Origin: Psammoneis japonica
Taxonomy: Eukaryota
Assembly (NCBI GenBank): GCA_008632985.1
Contig: QPGO01000178.1
Coordinates: 62,001-126,000, forward strand
Length of the DNA stretch: 64,000 nucleotides
Direction of reading: 5' to 3'
The notes under the pieces: model-generated
Databases searched by the model: none
Told to the model about the DNA's origin: nothing
What the model saw: the letters and a program-made list of their open reading frames with translations, nothing else
In this document: positions 35,796-45,704 of the stretch, piece by piece
Numbering within the stretch: the first letter of the stretch is position 1
Layout of the letters: each line of letters begins with the position of its first letter
Position numbers and translations under genes: made by a program

Positions 35796-37639
35796 TTCAT
35801 TGTGAAAATGCTGTCTCTTTTTCGCCATGGCCGCACCACGCAAGCATTGAGCGATCTTGCGCAGGCTTGTGAAACATTGCATTTTACATTCAATGTGCAA
35901 TTCTTTAGAACCATGCAATGCACACAAAAATGATCTTGCACAAGAAAAACAACTGTGAACATTTTGTGGTGACAATGAAAATGCATGTAAAATGCAATGC
36001 ACAAATGTGCATTTCCTAAATGTGTGTCCCGCACGCTCCGACGCGTGGCGAACTTCTTCAAAAATCACCTTCAATGTTCAGCAACAGAGGTGGAAACGGC
36101 GATTGTTTTTACAAATCCATTTGTTGCACATTAACACACATGTTGTCACCAACAGAAAACAACTGAAAACATTTTTTCAAGGCTTAAAATGTGTGTTAAA
36201 CATTTGCATTTAAATCCATTGTGTTGATTGATGCAACATTTTACAAGCCTGATCTTGCGAGCGATGACAAGGTGCATGCATCTCTGCATGATTCAGTGCT
36301 CGTCATTTGAGTTTCCAATTTTCTCACACCAACATCATCAACCGTCATCGTCATTCGTGCAGCCATGGCATCCAGCAAGAAAAAGAGTGGCAACACAGGA
36401 AAGAAAAAAAGTTGTTGTCCCATTGAAAAGAGAGTTGACAATGCTCTCATTCTTTTTGACAGCACACGTCTTGGCAAGCTTTGATGGGAAATGGCCAAAC
36501 GCAGGAGACATTCACCGTGTGCTCCAGGTTGGCGGCATTCCAGGCAGAATGGCCCAAGTGATGTGCCGGATTCAATCCAGAAGGGATCTGGATCCAAGGG
36601 CTTGGTTTCATTTCGCAGAATGTCTGATGACAATGAAAGGTGCAGCCGTTCAGTGAAATTTGAATCTGACCCCGATGCTCCCGAATCTCAAGCCCACATT
36701 CAAATTGAATCATTCAGGATTGACTTGTCGGCGCACTGTGTGGTTCACATGATTCCCTTGTTGCATCTGTTGATGCTCACATTGCACAATCCACCATGAA
36801 GTCATGCAACAGAATGGAATGATCTGTTTTGTGGTGACAGCGATTGTGGCGGCATTGATTTTTTCAACTGCCATTGCAGTTGGTGACATTGCATCTAGAG
36901 TTGCAATTTGCAATGTCATCACATTCTTTGAAAGCATCCTCTTCTTCAGACAACTCAGCTGCCGGCATCCACACATGCAGTCGTCATGGTAAAGAAACAG
37001 CTCTCGCTTTTTCTTCAGTGTTGGAGGGAGAAAAAAATTCTCAGATTGCACGTAATTTCAGCACCGAAACACACGCAGAACAGACAGCAAAAAGACGCGC
37101 AGGCCAACCCATGTTCGCAAAATGGGATTCACGTGGCGGCCCTTCACACCAGCCCATTTCTTGAACTTGAGCCTGTGCACAAACAGCTCCACTGCACCAC
37201 TCTCCTGCCCCAGCCCAAGTTGGCTGGCCAGAAGCCGTGGCAGGGGTCCCCAGGAGTCACAAAGCCTTTCTCTCTTTGACGGGTTCCAGTCCTAGGTGGG
37301 ACTCCGTGTGACATTGGGCCCGTAGAATTCTACGTGCGAGCTCCGCAGTACTAGAATTTAATTAATGGATATATTTATCTTCAACATCAAATGAACTGCC
37401 AAGTTTGTGGTACAATTATGCCTCTTGCCACTCGACGTTTCTGCAAATGCGCCTGCCCTACGCGATTCTTAAGACATTATAGAATCGCGCTGTAACAAAA
37501 AATGTCAAAAGTTGTTGGACGGATCGCTCAATAAATAAGTGTACCGTAAAATGACACAAAATATCGAAAAAATCACGTAGAAATCTACGTGCGCGACATA
37601 CGACGTGATTCAAAAAACTATCATGTCACAGTTCAGTAG

Positions 37640-38232
37640 TACGAGGTCCCACCTAGACCTGGAACGCGTCCTTTCTCCACAGACCAAGTTTGCCATGTTT
37701 GAAGGAGGAGAGCACACAGAACTTGGCTCTGGCCCCATCCACCGGCAACAAAAAGGATGACAACAGCCCTTCTGCTGTGCAGCTGTGGTGGCTCCCTTTG
37801 GCTCCTTCAAATGATTTGGTGATCAAAATGAACCTCTCTGCATTGACTCCAAAAGGTGAACATCAAATGGGGGTTGGGCATGTTGACAGTGGCTGTCAAC
37901 CTGTGCCTTCACCTGATGACTCAAGTTGCAATGTCGACATGCTGGTGTGTCCAGCAGGTCGTGATGAGTGGAGTGAAGAGATCAACTCAATTGCATTGTG
38001 CAGCTTTTGACTTCAATGGGCATGCTTGCTTGTTTGGGGACAGTGATCAACAGTGCCACTGACAACTGACAAGAAAAAGAGCTGTTTTCTTGCCGCACAT
38101 GCTTGGGGTCCCATTCCCTTTGCCAACACCATGATGCTGAGCTGAAATTTAAAACCAACGGTGTGCCTGGTCACCGAGTGCAGGACGGAACAAAAATGTG
38201 CAAGCCAGAGGGGCAGATCTAACAGCCACGTA
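37640..38232. mobile_element. Short TpA-depleted non-autonomous element
   Basis: Ends TA|CGAGG...CCACG|TA; about 2 TpA between 37680 and 38230; left end resembles the reverse complement of 37278-37308. Confidence 0.55.
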
Positions 38233-38239
38233 GTGTGAT

Positions 38240-39010
38240 GCCACTGATTTTACTCTTTGGGTTCTAAGGTCGGATTCGAGCTATCTCGGCTGCGCTGTAA
38301 CGCATGCTGGCTGGGATGGATCGAACAATGACACACCATCTGTAGCAGCAATCCATCATCCAAGGCGATGTGAGAAACGGATCAGCTTCGAGAATGATCA
38401 AGTCTACACTTTGGGAACAGCAGGGAAGGCAATGATCTCAATGGGGGCTTCATTCAAGTTGACGACTGGGACATTGGAACTGCTGAAGGAGGTGAGAAAT
38501 TAGGTTGTGTTATTTCGTGTCTTAATTGCGTCCGGAAAGAGGTGATTATCATTTACGGTGTTGCTGTCAGTAGGCTCTTCGGGTTCACCACTCTTTAACC
38601 AAAATCATCATATTGTCGGGAACATTTGTCGTGGATTGGCTGCGTGTGGTACCGATCGCCCTGACGGGTACGGAAAGCTACATTTTGCATGGAACCGTCG
38701 TGGGACAAGTGCAACAAGGCTTCGTGACCGACTTGATCCCGAAAACACCGGCGTCGTGACACTGGATATGTTTGACCTAAGTGTGCCAACGAAGCCACCA
38801 ACAGAGTCAACAAAAAGCTCCGACAAGATCGCCTACAAAATCTCCAACACAATTTGAAATCGCCGGCAATTTCGCATGCCCCTTCAGTAATTCCAGCAAA
38901 GTTCTCTACGGATGTACCTTCAGCAGTTCCGTCACAGTCACCTACTGATGCTCCTTCAGCAATTCCGACACAGACGCCGACCGAAACTCCGCCGCCTATA
39001 TCCCCATCTT
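38240..39010 (+). pseudogene. Lysyl endopeptidase (Achromobacter protease I-like, S1) serine protease relic with P/S/T-rich tail; intron 38492-38572
   Basis: AGWD, AAIHHP..EKRISFE, DWDIGTAEG|GSSGSPLFNQNHHIVG, GLAAC, DGYGKL..AW; upstream part missing and heavily frameshifted. Confidence 0.7.
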
Positions 39011-39407
39011 AATCTCAGAGTGAATTACCAACGATGGAACCTAGAGTATTGAACCAACTAATACGCACACGCCGTCTCCAACAGATTCGCTCATAAAAGC
39101 CCTTGCGATGACGCCCACACCAGCTCCTGCAGAACACGTTTTGGCTTTTTTAATGGTGGCTATACTGTTGAAAAGGTAGACCGCATTGCAGACACATCTT
39201 TAGACACGCAAGTTTCAAGTCTGTTGAAGCAGCTCTCCTACGACACCTCCCATACCTGCTTCGATGATTTTCCGCTTTTTGGTGGTTGCTATTCTGTCGA
39301 AAAGGGCATCGTAACAAATGCCTTACCGTTAGATCTCAGCAGTTGCAACACGTATCAGAGGTCGAAAATTTGACAGCTGAGGAGCACGCACAATGAGTAG
39401 ACTTTCA

Positions 39408-40967
39408 CTAAACTAAACTAGGCCACCATGACTCTGGAAAGTCGTAGAACAAACAGTTGTTGCGGACCTCACGGAGAAACTTGTCTGTGTCTGCAAGGGT
39501 TCCATCTTCCATGGCGTGTATGACTCTCAAGGCCTGTATTTCCAACGGCACTTTGGGCTTTGTTCGTCTTCCAACGCCTTCCTGCCACAAGGACATTTTG
39601 ACTCGATGGATGTAGGCTGTCGATTGACCTCCTAACAACCAACTCCAGCCATCCACCTTTTGCAAAAGTTCAAATTCAAACGGCCCATGAGGCATTTCAT
39701 CATCATCTGGAACAGGATCACAGATGCCTTTTAGAGGGAGCATAAATTCAGTCGTAATGACTATTGTCCCTGGTTGACATTGACGGCCAAGAGCTTGGGC
39801 AAGGCTGGCCATTATGGACTCGGACATGCAACTCGAAAAGCAAAATACACAGTTTGCATCACCAATGTACTCGTAGGGATCTTCAAATGATCCACACGAG
39901 AATTCAATCGGGGCCAAAGGAAGTGGAGTTGTAGATTTCGCACACGGAAGAAAATACAATGGGTGACCTGGTTCTGAAGTCGTTTCGTTGTTCTGTTTGC
40001 GGTCGACCTCTTCTCCTTCAATGTCCTGAGCTTGGCTAACACTCTTTTCTTCAATATCCTCGCTATGCATATCATCAACGGCGAATTTCTCTCCATCTCG
40101 GTCGTCATCTACACCAAGATCTTTTCGTAGTTGCCCAAACCATTGCATGTCATCTGCCGCCGCCGTGCCTTCCAGTCCTACCGGTACTTTGGTCAAGTGT
40201 TCCACAGTGTCTCCCTCCTTGTGGGATTCGCAACACTTCTCGAGTGTTTCGACAGCAACGTTGTGGATGTTTTCCAAAATCTCCACGCCTCGACAAACGT
40301 TCCATTGAGGATGTAGAGCAGCTGCTGCCAAGACAAGCCTTCCGGTCCCACTCCCAACGTCACAAAATACTTTGCCCTCCCACGTTGTTGACTCTTCTGA
40401 GTCCATCCTCCCTTTGTTGTAATGGTCCAAGGCCATTTCCAAGAGTTGTGCAAAAAAGTAAAAATCAAACTCCCCGTACGTGTATTGCTTGGGTGGTTCT
40501 TGACCGCTATTGATAAAGGGCCAATACCCATCGGTGCGACTGGCTGCATTGCGTTGCTCCAGAGCTTGTGGTGGATAGAGAGTCTGTAATCCCTCCAAAA
40601 CATCCTTGTAAGATACACCGGACGAGGAAAACCGATCCGAGATGGCTAGTTCAGGATTCTCTTCCGGAATGAGTTCGTCTTTTTCAGAAAATGAGCCCGA
40701 ATGGATTGGAATAGCACGCAGTGACACGAGCTGCTTCTGCATGCATTCATATGGTCTTACGAGCAGCAATGGTTCTAATATTCTTGTTCTTCTTTCCGCA
40801 CAAGATAATACTTCTCTAACAGCATGGTCCCTGCCGACAAGCGATGCACCTTGAAAGAAGAAACGGCGAAATCTTCTTTGTACTTCTCTGGCTGGAGCCG
40901 AAAAGAACGAATCACTTTGCCACACAGAAACTATAATAAGGACAATCAGAAGTTCAACATCTTTCAT
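39408..40967 (-). CDS. DOT1-like class I SAM methyltransferase with signal peptide + F motif
   Basis: YTYGEFD, FCDVGSGTGRLVLAAA, CRGVEIL, GTIVIT, SW...STAYIHR; N-terminus MKDVELLIVLIIVSVWQSDS-FFS. Confidence 0.75.
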   Translation of the reverse strand: MKDVELLIVLIIVSVWQSDSFFSAPAREVQRRFRRFFFQGASLVGRDHAVREVLSCAERRTRILEPLLLVRPYECMQKQLVSLRAIPIHSGSFSEKDELIPEENPELAISDRFSSSGVSYKDVLEGLQTLYPPQALEQRNAASRTDGYWPFINSGQEPPKQYTYGEFDFYFFAQLLEMALDHYNKGRMDSEESTTWEGKVFCDVGSGTGRLVLAAAALHPQWNVCRGVEILENIHNVAVETLEKCCESHKEGDTVEHLTKVPVGLEGTAAADDMQWFGQLRKDLGVDDDRDGEKFAVDDMHSEDIEEKSVSQAQDIEGEEVDRKQNNETTSEPGHPLYFLPCAKSTTPLPLAPIEFSCGSFEDPYEYIGDANCVFCFSSCMSESIMASLAQALGRQCQPGTIVITTEFMLPLKGICDPVPDDDEMPHGPFEFELLQKVDGWSWLLGGQSTAYIHRVKMSLWQEGVGRRTKPKVPLEIQALRVIHAMEDGTLADTDKFLREVRNNCLFYDFPESWWPSLV

Positions 40968-41421
40968 TTTCGGGGTCGCTTCAATTATAGATAGTCTACT
41001 AAATGGATTGGTTTTCCTGCTTGTCGGTTGACGACTCTCTGCCGTTGATTTTGTGTCATGGTGATGGTGGCACAAGCACAGTCGTGCGCACGACGAACGT
41101 CGCATGCGAATCAGTCGTGTCGTGTGCCGAGTCCCGAGTAAGTGCGTTCAGTTTTCAGCGATTATTAGGCCTCTTACTCCTACGTACGGCACCAATATCA
41201 TTAGGCTTTTAAAAGCCGATCAGCCTTAGTGTTTGATGGCGCGATACGTCTGGAAAAATGGAAAGGCCTTCAAAGAGCCTCTTCTTACTTCACAGAAAAC
41301 GATGACCGGCGACCATGCACCACATTTTTTGTTACAAGTACCTTCTAGAGAGACCGGTGTAATACATCTCCATCTCAAGGTCGAAAACATCAAGGAGAAA
41401 GAGCCAGACTGCATTGTTAAT

Positions 41422-41835
41422 ATGGCCAAAAAGAAGCCTGGGTTAAACCATCCCTGTCCATGTGGAAGTGGTCGCAAGTTTAAAAAGTGCTGCTTCCTCC
41501 TTACGTTCGACAAGGCGGAAAAAGACTGCGATACGTGCCGGCAAGAAGAGGAATGTGAGGCATGCACATCAAGTCATTCGTATCGTTTTCGTGTGGGCGA
41601 TCGTGTCGAGGCTTCCATGGGGGCATCCTACAAACCCGGGACGATTGTTGCGTTGAATTACAAAGAACCGGGATGGTTGGGGGATGTACCTTATCAAATT
41701 GAACTGGACGAAAAGAAACATCTCATCTACGCTCCTTTCGACAATGACGATTATGTCAGGGAATTGTCAACTTTAACAAGCACAATGAAGCGACGACGAC
41801 GGAGGCAAACTAGCGCTAGGGATAACACTGAATAG
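41422..41835 (+). CDS. SEC-C motif protein with C-terminal SH3/Tudor-like barrel
   Basis: NHPCPCGSGRKFKKCC; RFRVGDRVEA...GTIVALNY...PYQIELD...IYAPFDNDDYVR. Confidence 0.75.
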   Translation: MAKKKPGLNHPCPCGSGRKFKKCCFLLTFDKAEKDCDTCRQEEECEACTSSHSYRFRVGDRVEASMGASYKPGTIVALNYKEPGWLGDVPYQIELDEKKHLIYAPFDNDDYVRELSTLTSTMKRRRRRQTSARDNTE

Positions 41836-43553
41836 GAAAAGGACGAGTTTTTTTTAACAGTTGTCAGGCCCTGCTGATTATTCCTGCGGGATAACGGCGG
41901 ACTGCAAGTTGTTGTTGATATCATCGTTGCGTGGTTGTTGCTTGCGGTGAAATGGAACAGGTCTCTACACCAGTAGGGAAAAATTGTCGATGCGTTGAAA
42001 CAAGTGTGTTCATTCTAGGGAGACGCACTAGAATACCAACAGATATGACACATGCTGTGAGGATACTGCTTGTACTCGTACTTGTCACAAACCTCTAGAG
42101 TTGTAGCGCTCGACCGATTTCTCGAAAAAGGGATGGCCCGAGTCCCGGGTCAAAGGCTTGGCATTTGAAAGCATCTTCTCCTTCAAAAAGCAATTTGCTT
42201 TTGCGCCTCAAGAGCCATTAGTACACTACTATTCTTGCACAGCAGAGCTCAACTAGAAGAATTGTGAAAAGAAACTTCATGTTGAGGCCTTCAATTCGTC
42301 GGTGTCCGCCGGCGTCATGGTTCACGAGAAAATTTTTGGGCCAATAGCGTGAGCGTCGCAGTCGTGTGCCGAAGCGAGTCGAGTCCCGAGTGCTCATGTT
42401 TTCTGTTTGTTTGTTGTTGCATCTCTTCAACGCCTCACCAACAACCACATGTACAATGCGAACTCGCAGACAATGAGCAAGATATGACTTTAAATGTGCA
42501 GGCTCAACTTCAGATGAAGAACAACCTGCATGTGGCCAGAGACTGAATGGCTGCCCGCCAACCAGCGGCATTGTGCTGGGATCCATCTGTGCCGGTTTCG
42601 CAATGCTGAGTATGATCAGAAACATCTTTGACGAAATAGAAGAAAATTAAACTCATCATGCATCATTCACTCGCATTAGAAGTTTCGAGGAGGCTACGAG
42701 TAGGTAACCTTACCCATGGGGAAATGAGGCTGTTCCATACTACTTCAACTTGAAACCCGCTGACGATGACTCGTGACTCGCAAGTCAGTCGTGTGTGTCA
42801 ATCACGAGTGCTCATTTTTTCTGTCCGCGGTCCGCGTCCCGCGTCCTCACTCCTCACACAAAATCAAAATGGCGGCGTTGATGTTGCTGGTTGCGGGCCA
42901 TCGCTGCGTTGGGTGCCCCTAGTTCCTGGATCGATGCTGTACATCCACCCACACCGAGCTAAACTGCTGCTGATGCTGTCATCAGGTTGCAAGCATCTGC
43001 TGAAGGAGCGTCGCTCTTTGGAGGATGCATGCTTGAGCAGCAGAAATCGACATGACAAACTCATTGGATTTCTCCTACTGTAGCGGATGGTAATGGGGTG
43101 TGTGTGCTTTCAAGAAACTACAACGATCGTCCGGTCTGGGGGGGCTGGACTCATTCCTCCGATGGTCTGGCTGCCGATGCCCCAAGAGAACAATCTCGCT
43201 AGCAAATGCCGCGCTGCCCATTTCTGAGATGATTATTGGGCGGGGGATGCACGCCGTCCTAGCGAGACCAGTTCGTGAAAGTTGTAATTGATCCATTCTC
43301 TCGAGAGAAAAGACCCAGATTACGGTCTTAGCTGCGCCATTCTTTGTTCTTTCCTTTTCAAGGTGTCGGCCGTCGGCAGACGAATGTACAAATGACGACT
43401 CCTCCGAGTGAGCATGTTCGCTTGAAGTTCCAGGATATGCACAGATTTCAGGAGTTCAGGTGAACGGAGCCGGTGTCGTCGGACGACCCACACAATACAC
43501 ATAATAAGTCTCGATTTGTTTTTGAGAGCTTGACAAAAGAGACGGAAATCGCC

Positions 43554-45704
43554 ATGAAGCTATTGCTCCGACCTCATCAGTTGGAGTGCTTCGAGCATGC
43601 CAAGAAGCAGAACACCATTGTATGTTTGCCCACTGGCGAAGGAAAAACCCTTATTGCGGTTCGACTGATTGAGCATTATTTGAAGCAATGCCCTGACTTG
43701 AAGGTGGCATTCCTTGTTCCTACTAGGCCACTTGTCGAGCAGCAATCAAGATACTGCAGAAAGCACTGTGAGCTAGCTCAAGGAACTCCTCCTGTCGTTC
43801 AGACTATGATTGGCGACGACCAAGCTTCGTGGGGGCAGAGAGAATGGAACACATCGTTTGATCGCTCGCATATCTTTCTTGGTACTCCGGCTGTCTTTCA
43901 GCAAGCCGTTGTGACGGACAAATACATTAGTGTGGATCAGTTCTCTTTGATTGTCTTTGACGAGGTTCACAATGCCACTGGTAATTCACCAATGGCGGGA
44001 ATCATGCGAGACGCCGTTGCTCCGTATCTATCAGCTGAATCAGAGCTACCGCGGATTCTAGGTCTTACTGCCTCTTTTATTCATGGCAGGCTCGCGAATA
44101 ACAAGATACAAAAACGACAAGCGTTGGAGGCGCTCATGATGTCAACTATTATTTGTCCAACCATACCTCAAAGGCTTGATAGTTCCAATTATTCCCGGGT
44201 CTTGTATGCTCAAGACCAATTCCACCAGGAACACGAGGAGCTAGTAAAACGTGTCACCACCGAATCCCTTGAAGGCACTGGCTTTGTCAAGGATGTGCAA
44301 AAGGTTGTTAGAAAGTGCAGTCACGTCTTCATTGAACTTGGCTCGAATTCTTTGTTTTACTATATCGAGAAAGTGATTATTCATCAGATCCAGGAAAAGG
44401 CTACGAATCTTGAACTGCAGACTAAAGACGAAAGAGTTGTGGATTTTGCTAAAAGATTGAAATGGTCTATTCCCGGTATTCGTGACATGCTTGACCGATT
44501 GAAGCAAAGACTATCCCTATCCCTTCCTCCAGGTGGCGGACAAACTTCGAAACTTAAGAAGCTTCTTGAGCTGCTAAGCCAAAATTTTGCAGGCGACGCA
44601 GAGTATCGCGGCATTATCTTTTGCGAACAGGTAGCTTTGGTCTCGTGTCTATGCAAGGAAATCAATGACGCGCTGTCAAGTGTCCGCTGCGGTGCCGTTT
44701 CTGGGGTACAATCTCAACGCGAAGGGGATCGAGAAGATCAGATTCGAGCCTTCAAGAACGGTGATGTTCAGGTTCTCGTCGCCACTGCCGCCCTCGAAGA
44801 AGGTATTGACGTCTCGGAGTGTAAGTTTGTTGTGCGGTACAGCAACATTGCTACGACTAAGGGTCACATTCAAGGAGCAGGTAGGGCGAGGCATGCCAAT
44901 GCAGAGATCTATTACTTTGAAAACTGCCCCGAGACCGAGCTGCACAAAGAACGTGAGATGGTATCTCTGGCCCGAAATTCCTCGCTTGGGCTCAGTGCCG
45001 AGGATTTGAAAAAGGCGAGCGTCGCCGCGTCCGTACCTGATCTGCACCCGTACCCGTTCGATTCAACGACGTCAGGAAGCCAAGTCAACGTCTTTAACTG
45101 CAAGCACATATTTGTGCAGTATTGCTCTCATGTCCTTGGACAGTCCATAAGTCCCAAGGAGCATTTGTACCAATACAATAACGAGCTCGATGTTTTGCTC
45201 TCAATCCAATACCCAACACCACATGGCTGGAAGCTCCTCGAGTGGAAAGAATACAACCGATTCTGGTCTAACGTGGACATGACCAAGATTTTTCCGGTCG
45301 ACCGTAGCAGAAACATGCGCACCACGGATCGTAGGGAAATGTGCTTTGTCTATCTTGTCGTTCTGCAGTTGCGAGAGAATGAGTGGCTCGATCATCACAA
45401 CAAAGCCGTGGCGGCGGAAGAAACGAGGCTCAATTGTCCCTTGGAGCAGAGCGATGGGATTTCCGGCATTTCGCTAAAAGACACGGTAGTGCAAAGTAGT
45501 AGTAGTCAGACCACGAATGGGAGACACACCAGCGAGAGTAGCCAAGCATGCACCAACTACGAGAATGCCATGGATGACAACACGCACTTCTTCAATAACG
45601 CTCGTGGCAACGACATGGAAAACGACTTTTTCGCAGACAATGAGCAAGACATGATTTTACAAGCACAGGCTCAACTTCAGATGAATAATCTACAATATTC
45701 GTGA
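43554..45704 (+). CDS. Dicer-type DExD/H helicase + DUF283 (Dicer dimerisation) domain, lacking PAZ and RNase III
   Basis: LRPHQLE, NTIVCLPTGEGKTLIA, LIVFDEVH, RILGLTAS, RGIIF, VLVATAALEEGIDV, QGAGRAR; then VNVFNCKHIFVQYCSHV...VVLQLRENEWLDHH resembling DUF283; stop at 45704. Confidence 0.85.
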   Translation: MKLLLRPHQLECFEHAKKQNTIVCLPTGEGKTLIAVRLIEHYLKQCPDLKVAFLVPTRPLVEQQSRYCRKHCELAQGTPPVVQTMIGDDQASWGQREWNTSFDRSHIFLGTPAVFQQAVVTDKYISVDQFSLIVFDEVHNATGNSPMAGIMRDAVAPYLSAESELPRILGLTASFIHGRLANNKIQKRQALEALMMSTIICPTIPQRLDSSNYSRVLYAQDQFHQEHEELVKRVTTESLEGTGFVKDVQKVVRKCSHVFIELGSNSLFYYIEKVIIHQIQEKATNLELQTKDERVVDFAKRLKWSIPGIRDMLDRLKQRLSLSLPPGGGQTSKLKKLLELLSQNFAGDAEYRGIIFCEQVALVSCLCKEINDALSSVRCGAVSGVQSQREGDREDQIRAFKNGDVQVLVATAALEEGIDVSECKFVVRYSNIATTKGHIQGAGRARHANAEIYYFENCPETELHKEREMVSLARNSSLGLSAEDLKKASVAASVPDLHPYPFDSTTSGSQVNVFNCKHIFVQYCSHVLGQSISPKEHLYQYNNELDVLLSIQYPTPHGWKLLEWKEYNRFWSNVDMTKIFPVDRSRNMRTTDRREMCFVYLVVLQLRENEWLDHHNKAVAAEETRLNCPLEQSDGISGISLKDTVVQSSSSQTTNGRHTSESSQACTNYENAMDDNTHFFNNARGNDMENDFFADNEQDMILQAQAQLQMNNLQYS

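Larger units (their letters stand above)
30075..37310 (+). mobile_element. TpA-erased DNA transposon block containing a Plavaka-type (CACTA-related) transposase relic and accessory ORF; may be composite
   Basis: Roughly 40 TpA in 7.2 kb; transposase and accessory motifs as listed in the pseudogene entries. Confidence 0.75.

Noticed and set aside
30130..37310. Explaining the TG/CA excess by CpG methylation decay or RIP alone
   Set aside because: CpG decay cannot remove TpA and RIP increases it; CpG is still present at many sites
30130..37310. Alternative genetic code or Tyr-avoiding viral insert
   Set aside because: TpA is missing in all frames and in non-coding parts, and the ORFs are broken
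37321..37355. Helitron 3' end (hairpin then CTAG)
   Set aside because: CTAG is followed by A rather than T and no Rep/helicase remnant or matching 5' end was found
42869..43550. Possible decayed nucleotidyltransferase-like domain upstream of the helicase (VVIDPF fragment)
   Set aside because: Only one short motif with stops in all frames; insufficient support
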